From Vibrio vulnificus CMCP6 (GTDB taxonomy: Bacteria > Pseudomonadota > Gammaproteobacteria > Enterobacterales > Vibrionaceae), in contig NC_004459.3 in the NCBI RefSeq assembly GCF_000039765.1, forward strand, positions 660,001 through 692,000: 32,000 nt of DNA, given 5' to 3'. A program made the translations under genes and the position numbers. Below the pieces are notes generated by a model. That model was not told the DNA's origin and did no database searches. It saw only the letters and a list, made by a program, of their open reading frames with translations. The number at the start of each line of letters is the position of its first letter. Positions within the stretch are counted from its first letter, which is position 1. Shown one piece after another: positions 31,336 to 32,000 of the stretch.

Positions 31336-32000
31336 TTACTCACGAACGTAGATAACGTGACCGTCATCTTCTTCATCGTCCCAGTCATCCCAGTCGTCGT
31401 CATCATCTTCAGTGATAACTTCGCCTTGATTTGCATCTGGGTGGTAATCCCACATGAAGTTCACTTTCTCTTCTTCAGAGACTTCTTGCTCTTCACGTGG
31501 CAACTGTTCCATAAAGTCAGCGAGTTTGTAACAAAGCTCTTTAGTACCCTGGCGATTCACCGCTGAGATCTTGAAGTATTGCTCTTCCCAGCCTAGCGCA
31601 TCAATCACTTCTTGAATGATCTCATCCGCTTGCTCTTCACTAACAAGATCCACCTTGTTAAATACTAACCAACGAGGTTTATTGGCCAATTTCTCGCTGT
31701 ATTGCTCTAACTCATCAATGATGGTCAGCGCATTTTGTACAGGATCCGATTGATCAATTGGGAAAATATCGATCATATGCAGCAGTACACGACAACGTTC
31801 TAAGTGTTTAAGGAAACGAATCCCCAAACCAGCGCCATCAGCTGCACCTTCAATCAACCCTGGAATATCAGCAACAACAAAGCTTTTCTCAGGAACAACA
31901 CTCACAACACCGAGACTTGGGATCAAGGTAGTAAACGGGTAATCCGCGACTTTCGGTTTCGCTGCAAAGACAGCGCGGATAAAGGTTGATTTACCAGCAT
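31336..32000 (-). CDS. obgE: GTPase Obg/CgtA, C-terminal part; gene continues beyond the right window edge
   Basis: Open to the edge: ...AGKST (complement of 31986-32000) [73 protein letters not shown]; acidic C-terminus [15 protein letters not shown]. Confidence 0.95.
   Translation of the reverse strand, partial: AGKSTFIRAVFAAKPKVADYPFTTLIPSLGVVSVVPEKSFVVADIPGLIEGAADGAGLGIRFLKHLERCRVLLHMIDIFPIDQSDPVQNALTIIDELEQYSEKLANKPRWLVFNKVDLVSEEQADEIIQEVIDALGWEEQYFKISAVNRQGTKELCYKLADFMEQLPREEQEVSEEEKVNFMWDYHPDANQGEVITEDDDDDWDDWDDEEDDGHVIYVRE

Noticed and set aside
31209-31566. ORFs 31209..31436 (-) and 31213..31566 (+) around the obgE terminator
   Set aside because: They read through the obgE terminator and antisense to the obgE 3' end; compositionally biased.

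Overview
This is a compact, housekeeping-type gammaproteobacterial chromosomal segment. Gene content and synteny suggest a Vibrio species, but I infer that from protein features, not from a database match. In order it contains: 3'-truncated glmS and a DeoR-family regulator (-); pykF and a GntR/FCD regulator (+); a membrane GGDEF protein, ilvH, ilvI, an AMP-forming long-chain acyl-CoA ligase and leuO (-); an MJ1255/VC2487-like glycosyltransferase, a PAP2 phosphatase and an SH3-type lipoprotein (-); leuL-leuABCD and a DUF547 protein (+); djlA (-); lptD-surA-pdxA-rsmA-apaG-apaH (+); folA, a split ThrE-like exporter pair and partial obgE/cgtA (-). I found no phage, IS, CRISPR, tRNA, rRNA or recognisable defence island, so no clear novel system. 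The items most worth a second look are: (1) a 20-aa leucine-rich leuL leader plus attenuator, absent from the ORF track; (2) a 7.5-copy CTAGAAAA tandem array that supplies the stop codons of both convergent genes apaH and folA; (3) an orphan intrinsic terminator in the SH3-lipoprotein/leuL intergenic region that may mark an unannotated small RNA; (4) a poorly characterised glycosyltransferase-PAP2 pair between leuO and leuABCD; (5) a weaker Ile/Val/Leu-rich micro-ORF upstream of ilvIH.
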